Assembly (NCBI GenBank): GCA_900088475.1
Contig: FLMG01000825.1
Coordinates: 1-32,991, forward strand
Length of the DNA stretch: 32,991 nt
Source: Hyphochytrium catenoides
Lineage: Eukaryota; Protista; Hyphochytriomycota
Direction of reading: 5' to 3'
Under the pieces are notes generated by a model, which was not told the DNA's origin, made no database searches, and saw only the letters and a list, made by a program, of their open reading frames with translations. Of the stretch, positions 1-11,397 are shown one piece after another (position 1 is the first letter of the stretch; each line of letters starts with the position of its first letter). Made by a program: the position numbers and the translations under genes.

Positions 1-84
1 CTAGGTGGTGGGAGAGGAAGTGCAAGAAGGGAGGCAGGGGAGGTGCAGACAGCTCAAAAGAAGAAAAGCCTTGGATGTACTGAC

Positions 85-286
85 GGCATGGTCGTAGCTG
101 TTATTTGTGAACGTCCTCACTAACTGATAAAGAGAGTTCGGCGTGTTCACGAGGATAATGTCGCCTGGTAAGCCGCAAGAATGCAGGGGAGAGAGATTGT
201 TGATAGTGCGAGGGGAGAGAGGGGAGAGAGGGAGAGAGAGAGAGAGAGAGAGAAAGAGACAGAGGTAGAGAGAGAGGGAGAGAGAG

Positions 287-326
<40 letters not shown>

Positions 327-462
327 AGAGAGTGTGTGTGTGAGAGAGAGAGAGAGATAAAGAGAGTGAGATAAAGAGAGTGAGAGAGAGAGAGAGAGAG
401 AGAGATAAAGAGAGAGAGATAAAGAGAGTGAGATAGAGAGAGAGAGAGAGAGAGAGAGATAA

Positions 463-528
<66 letters not shown>

Positions 529-1306
529 NNNNNNNNNNNNNNNNNNNNNNNNNNNNNNNNNNNNGGGGGGGGGGGGAAGAGGGGAAGAGCGAGCAAAAGA
601 AACATCGAGGAGGAAAGAAGAAGATATGAAAAAGAAGTGAACAGGCAACAAGGGTCCGTGTAAGAGCCGCCGCAATAACCTGGCAGTACCCGCTGGGCAG
701 CAAGCTCTGCCGCCTCCCGGTCCCTCTTAGAAGAGCTGTCAAGGAGAGACCGCAACGAAAAGAGAGAGCGAAAGAGTGAGAGAGGGGGAGAGAACCCTTA
801 TCCACTGCTCTAGCGCTGTAGTCTAGTGAAAAGGAGGCTCCCCGAAAAGGAAAGGACGAGATGAAGCAGGAGGAAGATGAAGTCGCGCGAGCCAAAGTCA
901 CTAGAGTAGGCGCCGAAGACAGAGAAACCCTGAAAAGAGTGACACGCACAACTATGTAGATGACAAGAGGACGCTCGACTTGGAGAGAGCAAAGGAGAGA
1001 GCAACGGATGGGAGATACTAGAGACGGCAGGAGAAAGAGCGAGCCAGGGCGCCTGGAGAGGAAGGATTGCCAGTAACAGGATGAGTGAGCCTCACTTCCC
1101 ACGTACCTTGCGACTTCATCCTGGTTGATATAGAGGCTGTCAGGAACCAAGAGCTTGGCTAGAGAGTTCACGGAGGAGCCAAGGAGAGACGCTGCGGCGG
1201 CAGAAGACACTGGCCCGGAGTTTGCCGTCCAAGCCGCATGCAAGCTCTCCCCCTGTTCCCGCGCCTCTCTCTCATCGTCCTGCTCATCTATCTCCTTCCT
1301 CCCCAT
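85..1306 (-). CDS. Permuted papain-like NlpC/P60 (YiiX/YebB/LRAT-like) protein, 5' part; gene continues beyond window start
   Basis: Exons 1306-1107, 735-680, 164-85 join in frame at GT-AG junctions: MGRKEIDEQ...EVAS|SSKRDREAAELAAQRVLP|GDIILVNTPNSLYQLVRTFTNNSYDHA. 'LPGDIILV...YDHA' matches the N-terminal PGD strand plus catalytic His pattern of permuted NlpC/P60 enzymes. The catalytic Cys would lie outside the window. Confidence 0.6.
205..528. repeat. (GA)n/(CT)n compound microsatellite inside intron 2 of the NlpC/P60-like gene
   Basis: Directly visible AG runs interrupted by ATAAAG and GT units; explains the spurious SLSL ORFs. Confidence 0.95.
529..564. other. Assembly gap (36 N)
   Basis: Run of N between the GA repeat and a poly-G tract. 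Confidence 1.
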
Positions 1307-1917
1307 GGCCAGGACTACGGAAGCTTGTAGCTCATCACAGGACGAAGACGTGAGGAGAGGCGTTCCAAGCTGCTCTCTTTCAACTCATCGTGGAGTTCTC
1401 CTTGTCTCCCCTTCCTCTCTCTTCAGCCCTATGTTCCGACGGTCACTAGAGTGTCGCTTCCCACTCCGTCGCCTGCCCGCCCGTCTCTGGCTGTCTCCGT
1501 AGTTCTATCTACCCACGGTGTCTGTCTCCGTCTGCAGCAATCTCTTTCTCTGTCTGCTGCATTCTCACTTCCAGTGGCGCGATGTAAATCCCTCTGTCTC
1601 CCCGGACGATATCTCTCGGCCTGCCGTGATGTCTATCATCTATGATCTCCTGCCCACTCTGATTCGCAAGCATCAGAGCCGCTAACGGTCGTCTAGCGTC
1701 AGTAAGATCTGAAGGAGAAAGCTTCAGAATGCAGAGATGAGAAGTGAAGACCGAAGACTGAAGACTGAGCTGAGCTTCAACACCTCGCTCTACTTCGCGG
1801 TCGGTCTGCCGTCCGTCTCGGATCCATCTACATCCGCTTTACTCTCTCCTGACGGCGCTCCGGGAGTCGGGTTTAGAGGTGTAGGGCTGCGGGGCCTGTC
1901 TTACAAGGAGTGGACAG

Positions 1918-4395
1918 ATGGCACGGGCGATCCCTACCGCGAATCTGGTCCGCAGCGCTTTGTGCCTCACTACAGGTCTTCAACATGACGACCTCTCTTT
2001 CCCTCGTCGCTCTCCTCCCTCTCCCGCCCTCATTCTCTCTCTCTCCCTATCTCTGTTTCATTGGTTATCTCTCTCTCTGCATGAGGTTCTTACTGTCCAA
2101 TGCACCTTCCTTCCCTCGTAGTTCCCTATTTTCCATCAGCAGACTTCTACGCCCTCTTGCGCAGTCAGGTGCCCCGTGCTCAGTCACCTCTTGACTCTCC
2201 ACCTCATCTTCTTTGTCTCTTCTCCATGAAGCTTATCTTTCTCTCTTCTCTCTCGCTCTCAGGCGTCACTCTTCTAGAAGCAGCTCCTCTGTATCTCCTT
2301 GTTCCGGGCAGACCTGCACACGCTAACTTCTTTCTTCTCACCTTCCTAATCAGCCAAATGCCGGCCGAGCCCTACGATGTTTATCTTCCCTGGTCTAGAG
2401 TCTCGACCCTGGTGGGAGCTTAGCTCTTTCAGTTGGGCGGCGGAGCTCAAAGAAAAGTTCCCTATCATTAAGGTAAGAGCACGTTCGGAGCTAGCGCCTA
2501 GCCAGAACCGAGCGTCTTTGATACTCTCTTTTACTAGCCGCTGGATGCCTTATCTCTCATCACACACTCTCTCTCTCCATCGACTTCTCTTGTTCTCGAC
2601 ACGTCTCTCTCTCTCTCTGATGTGTCTGTCTTATATCAACCAAAGACCTTACTTTTAGTCTCCCTCTTCGCACACACACTCTCTCCTTAGTCTCCCTCTT
2701 TGGTCTTGACCCTTGTTCTTTGCAGTCTTATCTGTCTTCTTAGCTAGCCCATTCCGTAACGCCTATAAGCGACTGTCTACAACTGTCTTGTGTTAGCCAG
2801 AACCATCGGATGCTTCTTGTCATTCGGCTCCAGTCAGCCGATTTTGCTTGCCCCTCTCTCTTTGTCTTTTCCCTTTGTCTTCTCGATCACCTAGTTGAAT
2901 ATCTCACCTGCCAAAACGGTCTGTCTTTCCACATCCTACCACGCGCGCTATTTACTGTCTCTCAAGGTGTCTCTCAGACTCCCTCTGCTCACTAGTTTCT
3001 ATCAGTAGTGTTTGTGCTTTCCCTCTGGCTTCGTCTCTTTCTTCCCGCTCTTCTCTTTCTCCTGCTGTTTCTCTCTCTCTCTCTATTTTCTCCCAGTTTG
3101 GTACATCTGGTGCCCTCTGATTGACCCTCCTCTCCCTTCGTCGTGCGTTGCAGGATGAGTATTTGGCTCTCCGTGAGCGCCACAAGGCCCAGTCTGACTA
3201 CCAAATGAAAGCCGATGAACACCAGCTCCATGCCGGAGATTGGGACTGGCACTCGTTCTATCAAAAGGTGAAAGACGCATCTGAGCTCGCGTAGGAGGTG
3301 CAGGAGAGAGAAGACTACATAGCCGAAGAGGGAAGGTAGTGAAAGACAGGAACAGGCTGAGAAAGAGTCGTTTCCCTTAGCGCTGACGCCTCCACTAGAT
3401 CCTCTTCTTCCGCTAATTTTAACTGCGCACTTTGTGTTCGCTTTGCTAAACCAATAGGGAGTCAAGCAGGATAAAATGAGTGAGCTCTGTCCTCTCACAA
3501 GCGCCGCTCTGGAGAGCATCCCAGGACTGATGACAGGCGTTCCCTTTGCCTATTCCTTCTTCTCCACCTTAGGACCCAAGGCAACACATCACTCCCTACG
3601 ACTATCCTCCTTATCTTGGTTTACCCGACTAGGTTACTGCATTATCTATACCTCGCGACTTCTAGCATTATCTTCATCCCGTGCTGAAAGCCAGGCAGCA
3701 CTGCATTAGAGTCCTCTGAATAGCGATGTCGTTCGTTCGTAGCGCTTTCTCCACTTTACGCATATTTCTCACCTTGATCATGACTGACGTACGGGTACTG
3801 CTATACTGTTTCCCATGCTATTGCAGTCGAGCATCCCGGCTCACTCCGCCCCCTGCAATATAAGGGTGCGCTGCCATCTTCCCCTCATAGTCCCGCCGGC
3901 AGAGTGTGGCCTGAGGGTCGGGGAGGAGGTGAGACACTGGGAGGAAGGTGTTCCTTTGCTTTTTGATGGTAAGGCTCAATCTGATCTCTGCTTCATGTGC
4001 CTGGATGGCTTCCCTGTAATGTTTGGTCAACGTTAAGTGCGGTTAGTCGTTAGCCTGGAGTTGATGGCCCAACAGCGCTCAAACTCGGACCGCCTTGCTT
4101 GACAAGTCCAAAACACTAGAGCGTCTTTCTACTTCTCAAAGCTGTGTGGACTACGTCCCACGCTCTCTGTTCCCTTTGCAAGACAGTAACACACCACGTG
4201 CCCCTCATGTTCTACTTCTCGCTCCTTCCTGCTTTGTTAGATGCATATGACCACGAAGCGTGGAATGACTCTCCGGATGGAGAGCGAGTAGTCCTTCTTT
4301 TTGACGTTTGGCATCCAGATCTGGTGCAAGAAGAGAGAGTGGCGATGCAAGACATGTTCCAGAAGGCCAGGGACAAGGGTTGGCTCAGAGGATGA
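1918..4395 (+). CDS. Aspartyl/asparaginyl beta-hydroxylase-domain 2OG-Fe(II) dioxygenase (~236 aa)
   Basis: Exons 1918-1975, 2354-2472, 3154-3267, 3458-3580, 3827-3968, 4241-4395, all phase-consistent. Motifs: PSPTMFIFPGLESRPWW, GDWDWHSFY, CPLT, FFSTLGPKSSIPAH, RVRCHLPL, HWEEG, LFDDAYDHEAWN, RVVLLFDVWHPDL. The first exon is less certain; an alternative uses ATG 1737 plus an extra exon at 2122-2168. Confidence 0.9.
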
Positions 4396-6113
4396 AGCCC
4401 AAAACATACAGCCTACCTCTGTACGGCAGGGTAGTTCCAGTTATCGGGACAGGTCTCGAAAAAGGGAGACAAGTTGTCTACGTCCATGCTACTGCTCCTT
4501 CCTCCCAACAGTGCCAACAGAGCCAAAGATTAGAGTTGGCGCACCTCGCTGCTCCCCAGTCGCCTGGAGGAAGGGGCGTCATATCAGAGCCTCTTATCAT
4601 AAGGAGTTGAGGCAAATATAGCGCCGTCCTTCCTGAGATCGCGACCTAATTCAACCCTGTGACACCAAGAGCAGGAGAGAACAATAGGCATTCCGAGTGC
4701 AAGTGCCAGTGCATGCTTGCTCGACATATGATTTTGCTCTTTCACCTTCCACCGCGAAGCATAGCGTTAGCACTTTCTCTATTAGCACAGGTTTTTTCTT
4801 CAACTTCCTTCGTTAGAACGTGAACTGGTACCTCGCTCTTTAGAAACCAAAAAATGTTTTCCCGTCATTTTACTGACCCGCCATCGAGCCACCTGTCTAT
4901 CTCTCATGCATCTCAACTCACCCTTCTGCATTATCAGCTCTTCCTCCTCCAGTCCTTTGTCTCTTCTTGTCCTTTCTATTCTCTCTCTTGCATTAGCTCT
5001 GGGACAGTGTATCCCTATGAGGCGCTCCTCTCGTCCTCCTTCTTGGCGTACTTCGTAGGTACAGGACGGCAGCTGCTGGTTAGAGTGGGCAGTCCTTGTT
5101 CACAGTTTATCATAGAGTTCAACACGATAATCTTGTTTCTTTGATGGTGACAGGAGAAGTAGGAGAAGAAACAGGTATTAGTCTTCCCCACCTTTTCTGT
5201 CCTCAAACCTGCTCTCTTCTTATCATCTCCCTGACGAGGAAGCAACGATTGTTATTGGCGTCGTCGGGCCGGATTCTTAGGACCACCCTTATAGTTTATT
5301 TCAAGTTCTTAGTACTGTTAGTGCTGCTGCTACCGATGAAGGCTTGGACGATAGATAATATTATGCTGCTGTTGCGCTGCCCTGCGTATTATGAAAGGCA
5401 GAACGCCTGCTTCTTCCCGTCCCATTCTGCTGTGTTTTGACGCCACAGAGAGCCCCAGCAGCAGTAGGGCAAGAAAAGACCCTCATCTTAAGTGATCCTC
5501 TTCTTCTTACCTCAAGTCTTTTGCCGTAGAGAGTAGTAGGGTGCAGCCCAGCCCGAGTATATAGAGATCTCTTTCTCGTTTTCCTCCAAATCGTCATCCT
5601 CCTTCCCCTCAGACAATAGCTGCGCGTAGCTGATACGCCTCCCTTCGCCTAGTTAGTTGAGCCTTCCTCCACCCACGCCTAAGTAGCACCATTGATGATC
5701 AAAGAGCATCACCTTGAATCAGACTATGAAGGGCAGGCAGTGGTCGGGATCACCGGCGCCTCCTCTCTCCTCAATCACCAAGCCGAGCAGCAGCCGCAGC
5801 AGCAACAGAAACAAGCAAACAAGTGTCCCCCCCCCCAACCCCCCCAATCATATAGCCATTATTCCGAATGTCACAGTCATAGATGAGGTTCATTCGATAT
5901 CCTGTTTGTTTAGATTCCGAATGAGTGACTCTTGTAGGAGTAACGGCCTTTGGTCCTTCCCAACGGCCGTCACTCATCGGCCCCTCACCAGACTGACCAG
6001 ACCTACTACTGGCCGCCTTCTCATCCTAACAGCCCAGCACTGGCGACCAGATGGCCGTGGCTGGTTGCTGGACGACGACCTCCTCTGTCCCGTATGATCT
6101 CTCTTCTCCGTCC

Positions 6114-6138
6114 CTCTCTCTCTCTCCTTCCTCTCTCC

Positions 6139-6177
<39 letters not shown>

Positions 6178-6188
6178 CTCTCTCTCAC
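6114..6188. repeat. (CT)n microsatellite
   Basis: Visible CT dinucleotide run. Confidence 0.9.
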
Positions 6189-6278
6189 TCTTTCTTTCCC
6201 TTCCTGTGGGTATGTGGTTGTTTCTCTTCTTCTCAAATCCACTACTTGACGATCAGTTGTTCTGTCGGCTCCTCCTCG

Positions 6279-6339
6279 GCAGCATTCCTCTTCCTCTGCA
6301 GCATTCCTCTCCTCCTCTGCAGCATTATCCCTCTCCGCT
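6279..6339. repeat. Three imperfect 19-21 nt tandem units starting GCAGCATT
   Basis: gcagcattcctcttcctct / gcagcattcctctcctcctct / gcagcattatccctctccgct. Confidence 0.8.
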
Positions 6340-7184
6340 GCTGCTCAGATGCTGATATGTGGCTGGGCTCCGCATCGACGAAAGTGGTCTTGGGCTGCTG
6401 TGGATGAGAGAACAAGCAGGTGAGGTTAGAAATAGAGCGGAGCGAAGAAACCGCCGCTCATCATGGACCGATAATAATAATGTAAATGATCACTAGTCTA
6501 CCTGATATATTAGCTAAAAGCAGCAACAACACTGCAGTCACCTGGCCTCAACTTCTCTTTCAGAGGGTGCTCCTGTTCATCACACTCCTATTACTACGCC
6601 CTTCGTCTCTTCTGCAGTCCAAGCTCTAACGGCTGAAACAGGTTGAAGGGAGAACAAACATAACAGCAACAACAGCCCAATTATATCCAGCAAGCCTGGA
6701 AGTATGTTCTTAATCCATCTCTTACGTGCAGATCATTGTTATGATCCATTTTTTTTGTCATCTTCTTTATCAGTCGTTGAATGTTAGACCAACGGGCGCT
6801 GGGGCAGTGTGGCATACGGTAGAAGAGTTCTTGAAGGCTAGCAAATGATGGACTCCGGGCATTTACTAGGAACATAAGGTAGGATTAACAGAGTATACGT
6901 AAGGGAACAGGACGCCTTAACCCTGTCAACAACAGTAACTCTTATTAGCCGACAAGGGGGAAGTGCTAAGAGACTGTCACTAGAAATGCCAAAGACCGCG
7001 GATATGGAAGATAAATAGACGTATCAATCATTATAAGGATAACGTAATAGTACTCTTTCTATGGTACAAGCGAATCTACAGAGGAGCATCAGCTGCTCCT
7101 ATTATTATCCTGCCACCGCATTGTGTCGGTCGGACGCGGGGAGGGATAGTTCTTAAATAGCTGAGATAACTTTGCACATTTTGT

Positions 7185-8255
7185 TTAGGCCGCCACTGGC
7201 CCACCACTGAACATCATCTGCTGTTGGGAGTATGCGACAGGGTAAGCTGGACCCAAGGAGCTCGGGCGTGCCATGAAGGGCGGCGAGACAGCGGTTGAAG
7301 AAACCATAGAGGAGGCTGGAGACGAAGACGCTAGAGATGGGAGCATGGCCGATGCAGCAAAGCCTGGATAGAGTCCATCCGCCTTCCTCATTGGCATACT
7401 ACCCTGGAGACTAACGAGCCTCGCTTGAGGAGACGGTGAGATTTGACTGACAGCTGGAGAGCTTTTGGCCATAGTTCGCTGCTGAAGCTCGCGGATGGAG
7501 GGGAGGCGAGGCTTGGCCGCTGGGGAATTAGAGGAGTGGAAGGCTTGGAGCTGAGCGGGAAGAGAAGTTTGTTGCGGAAGATGCACCTCTACCGGCTGAA
7601 GCATTGGTCTCGAGTGATGCTGCACTGTAGGCAAGAAGTGTGGGCTTCCATTGCCTCCCATAAATGTGGCGACCGGGCTGGCCCCAGCTTGACTGTATCC
7701 GTGGTAGAAAGGACTCATCATGTGGCTTTGCACAGTAGTAGGAGCTTGGCCCGCAGAAGGGGAGGAAGAAGATGAAGCTTCTACTAGTTTCCAGCCTTCC
7801 TTCGAAAGAGGAAAGTGCCGCACGCAGACGCCCTTCCTCTGTGCGCTGTTGTTGCAGCCGCTGACAATGCAGCGCTTTCCCCCGCCATGAAGGACACACC
7901 GCCCTCCAGGTCGGGCACCGCTGGTGCAGCCTGCAACGGAGCAACGCCGCCCACCTCCGTGTGCAATGCAAAGACCTCTTGTTCTGACCTTACTAAGGCA
8001 TCCGGGCACAGAACATGCTCTGGAGCGGTTCTTCAGGCTTCTGCGGCCGCTAGAGCTTGATCGTGCAGGCGTAGAGCTGCCACTGCTGCGCTGGGAGAGA
8101 GTCTCATCGTCCTCCGCCGCTGAAGAGGAAGACCCTGTCTCATGTCGCTGCGACACTTCTTCCATCTTCAAAGCGGTCAAGCTCTTTTGCTCTTCCTCTT
8201 GCTGCTTCTTGGTCATTTTCTTCCCATTGGCACCCTTGCTGCTCTTCTCTGCCAT
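7185..8255 (-). CDS. WRKY19-like zinc-finger repeat protein (356 aa), putative nucleic-acid-binding regulator
   Basis: Uninterrupted ORF from ATG 8255. Three tandem repeats: CSVPGC..GLCIAHGGG, CSVAGC..GRCVLHGGG, CIVSGC..GVCVRHF. Basic/Ser-rich N-terminus and low-complexity P/S/Q/M C-terminus. No WRKYGQK motif. Confidence 0.85.
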   Translation of the reverse strand: MAEKSSKGANGKKMTKKQQEEEQKSLTALKMEEVSQRHETGSSSSAAEDDETLSQRSSGSSTPARSSSSGRRSLKNRSRACSVPGCLSKVRTRGLCIAHGGGRRCSVAGCTSGARPGGRCVLHGGGKRCIVSGCNNSAQRKGVCVRHFPLSKEGWKLVEASSSSSPSAGQAPTTVQSHMMSPFYHGYSQAGASPVATFMGGNGSPHFLPTVQHHSRPMLQPVEVHLPQQTSLPAQLQAFHSSNSPAAKPRLPSIRELQQRTMAKSSPAVSQISPSPQARLVSLQGSMPMRKADGLYPGFAASAMLPSLASSSPASSMVSSTAVSPPFMARPSSLGPAYPVAYSQQQMMFSGGPVAA

Positions 8256-8787
8256 TGTATGCAACTCAAAGTGGTGGGAGGCTGCTACCTTGGCTCAGGT
8301 GAAGAAGAAAGAGCACACAGCAATGCGCGCAGGCGGGCGGCGGGTAATGAAGGGAGCTTTGGCTGTGCGAGTCCCAATCAACAAGTGAATTGGCGTGTGA
8401 GAGGGGAGAGGTTAGGGACGGCGACGACTATTGATGGTGATGGGACGTACTAGATGTTGCGTGATAGAGGGAAAGCGCTAACCAACTTACTTCCTAACCT
8501 TCTGGTGAGACTCTACTCAGCCAACAGCCCTGTCAGTTCTATCTCTTGTTAGGTGATAATGATGGCATTTGTGAGAGTGGTGTCAAAGCAAGCAAGGATA
8601 GATAGATAGAGGTCGTACAGAGAAGCGCTGAGGGGAGGAAAAGGGGTAGCCAAGAGGCAAGCTCTCTGCATCCAAAAGTAGCCTTTGACCCATTCTCCCT
8701 GCTCCTTGTCCGCCCTGGTTTTCTGATGAGAGCCAACCTTCATTCCTGCTTCCCCTACACTATAAGGATAGATAGGCCTGAGTGAGG

Positions 8788-8913
8788 GGAGAAAGAAAGA
8801 AAGAACGAGAGAGAGAGAAAGAGAGAGGGAGAAAGAGAGAGAAAGAGAGAGAGAGAAAAAGAAAGAGAGAGAGAGGGGAACAAAGAGAGAGGGAGAAAGA
8901 GAGAGAGAGAAAC

Positions 8914-8944
<31 letters not shown>

Positions 8945-8952
8945 AAGAGAGA
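8788..8952. repeat. GA-rich compound microsatellite (GAGAGAGAAA-like units)
   Basis: Visible purine tract, CT-rich on the - strand, inside a probable 5'UTR intron (9074-8778). Confidence 0.9.
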
Positions 8953-10983
8953 TGATGATGATGATTGGCAGGATCTGTTGCCTTGCTAAGCGGATCGGCT
9001 CTCAGCGACTCCTCTCTGAGGAGAGAGAGAGAAGAGGAAGACGGCTCCGTAATATTTCTGCCGTTTTTTCTCACCTGTAGACAGTCCTTCGAAGAGGATT
9101 AACGCTCTCAAGTCAAACGCAAGCCCTGAGAACCTGATCGATCCTCGGGTTAGCATCATGTGTTTGATATACCCCTCTCCTTGATAGTGATTTATCTGTG
9201 TGTCTATATTTGATGTCAATGAGTGGGTGAGAGCCAGTGAGTGTGTAAGGTGGACTCTGTCCCCCCTTCAAAAGAATGAGGTGGTTGGGTGGGGGGAATG
9301 GCCTGAAAAATTTATCCTTGGGTTCTAGGGAATTATTCAGCCTCCTTCACATCTGCTGCTGGTGATACAGAGGACCCCAACCCCATCTTCTACCCCACCC
9401 ACCTTGAACTGTAAAATGAGGTAGCTCTGAAGTGCAGGATGGGTGGTCAAGGGATCAAATGCTCTTGGGCCCTATCTACAAGCAGGGAGGACCTGATCGA
9501 GGAAGTTACAGTACTGTAAACTATCGGAGACCCCCCGTCTTGTTGATGTCCCCGAATAGGGGTGAATGTAGCGATCTAGCCGCTTACCCCCTCGTCTCGT
9601 CAGGAACGGTTTGGTGTTCATTTTCCTTTTGGCTCTGATGCCATCGTCCGAAAGTTAATTTAAGAAAGGAGGTAAGATCTGGGTTGTCCAGTGTTTATCT
9701 TGGGGGTTCGGACCACATTTGGGCTTGGCTGTCACATCAGAAGAAGGGAAAATGTGCTAGTGGAGGACGAACCAGGGATGAGGACACATTTCAGCAGACC
9801 CATCGCTTATAGTCGTACTGATGATGAGTACCTATATTCGGGTCCTTCTAGTGCATTGAAGCTCTCTATGACCATAGTTTACAAACCTATATTGGGATTC
9901 ATCTCTTTTTTCGGATGGCTGTATCAGAGGTGACGCTGTCCTCTGAACACCACATGTTACAGATAGAAAGAGAGCCTAGCACAACCAGCTCATCATCTCG
10001 CTCCTCCTCTCACCTCTACTTTGAAAGCCATTGGCTCCTTCACGCACCGAACCTCTCTCTTCTTAGCAGGACTAGCCAGTTTCTCTTTGGACTTGGATGT
10101 GGTGGCTGATCATGGCATTGTATCTTTAGAGTGGCTGGAGGGTCGGAAGTTGCTGGAGCATTATTGTCCGTGGTATGTGTATGCATGGCCTTGTCGTGCT
10201 ACAGTGTCAGGTACACATTGCACAAAAAGCCACTCATCAGCCTGAAAATTTGCCTTTCTTCCCTGGTGGATCATCTTGACTGAGCCCAAGTGCTTTTGTT
10301 TTGTACTTCTATTCAACTTCCGTCAAAACGATCGGGAGTTTACCTACTTCTTGGTCTTGTTGTGGTCATGGCCCGGCTAGTGTACAGAACTGAAGGATCA
10401 GCACTGCTTCACCTGCGGGAAGGATCGTAGTCTCGTCACCTCTTCTTCTTCCTCTGTCTTGTCCAATAACCTTACAGTAGTTTGCAAGATAACTCTACCA
10501 CTTCTTGGTATCTATCCTGGAAGTGGTCACCCTGTCTCTTCTCGTCTCTGCCTCTCTCTTGCCTCTTCATCACCATTTTTCTTGCTCCATTCTTGCCTCC
10601 ATCTCTCTCTCGCTCTTCGACTTTTGGCTTGTTTCTGATCGGTAGTCAAAGCTCATACAGATCTTTTGGGCCACCTTGATAGCTCAATACCTCTTTATTG
10701 ACATGTTGTCAGCACTTTGACAGGGAAAAAAAGATCAATTATAGTGTATTTGACACAGAGGACAGCATTACGAGTACAATTCACTGCATTGATATTCCTC
10801 CCGTTGTCAAAATGGTGTCATTTTACCTTACTCTTCTTATTTCAAAGTTGTATTTGCATTTATATTTTGGCATACAAATTCGGGATGAAAGTGTTACAGC
10901 AGTTTCTCTTTTATGAAGTTGTAACGACTCCGAGGAGAGATCTTCTGCCAAAGGTCAGCAGCGTCTCCTCTTCTTCAGTGATG

Positions 10984-11078
10984 GCAGGCAGCAGACAGAC
11001 AGGCAGACAGGCAGGCAGGCAGGCAGGCAGGCAGCAGACAGACAGGCAGACAGGCAGACAGGCAGACAGGCAGGCAGA
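10984..11078. repeat. (GGCA)/(GACA) compound tetranucleotide microsatellite
   Basis: ggcaggcagcagacagacaggcagacaggcaggcagg... Confidence 0.9.
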
Positions 11079-11397
11079 AGAAGGTGGTGGCCGCGGAGCG
11101 AAGACAAGCAACAAAAAGAGTGAACAACAAAGCTGACTGAAGACTGGACGCAGGATGAGGAGAGAAAAGAAGAGAAGAGGGAAGAAAGCAGATTTATCCA
11201 TTGACTTGCTGCTGCGTCTTTCACTGAAGAAGTGTAACCGCCTTCCGAATGATGGGGAATGACCTGCCAACGATCGCCAACAAGAAAAATATCTTCGACA
11301 GTGAATTAGTTCGAACAGGACCAACCATTGACAAAAGCTGTCAAGGATAAGCAACAACTGCCCGCCAGCCAGACCAGAGCCAAACCACAACCTTGGC

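Noticed and set aside
1-755. Long SLSL-rich ORFs
   Set aside because: They are translations of the CT microsatellite within an intron and span an N gap.
7443-8453. Several overlapping antisense or alternative-frame ORFs over the zinc-finger gene
   Set aside because: Shadow ORFs of a GC-rich CDS with no recognisable motifs.
10150-10250. Possible piggyBac-like Cys-rich C-terminal relic on the - strand (..LCNVYL..)
   Set aside because: Only a few residues, interrupted by stops; no transposase core or terminal repeats visible.
10717-11390. ORFs of 139 and 159 aa on opposite strands
   Set aside because: Kept open by the stop-free GGCA/GACA microsatellite; not protein-like.
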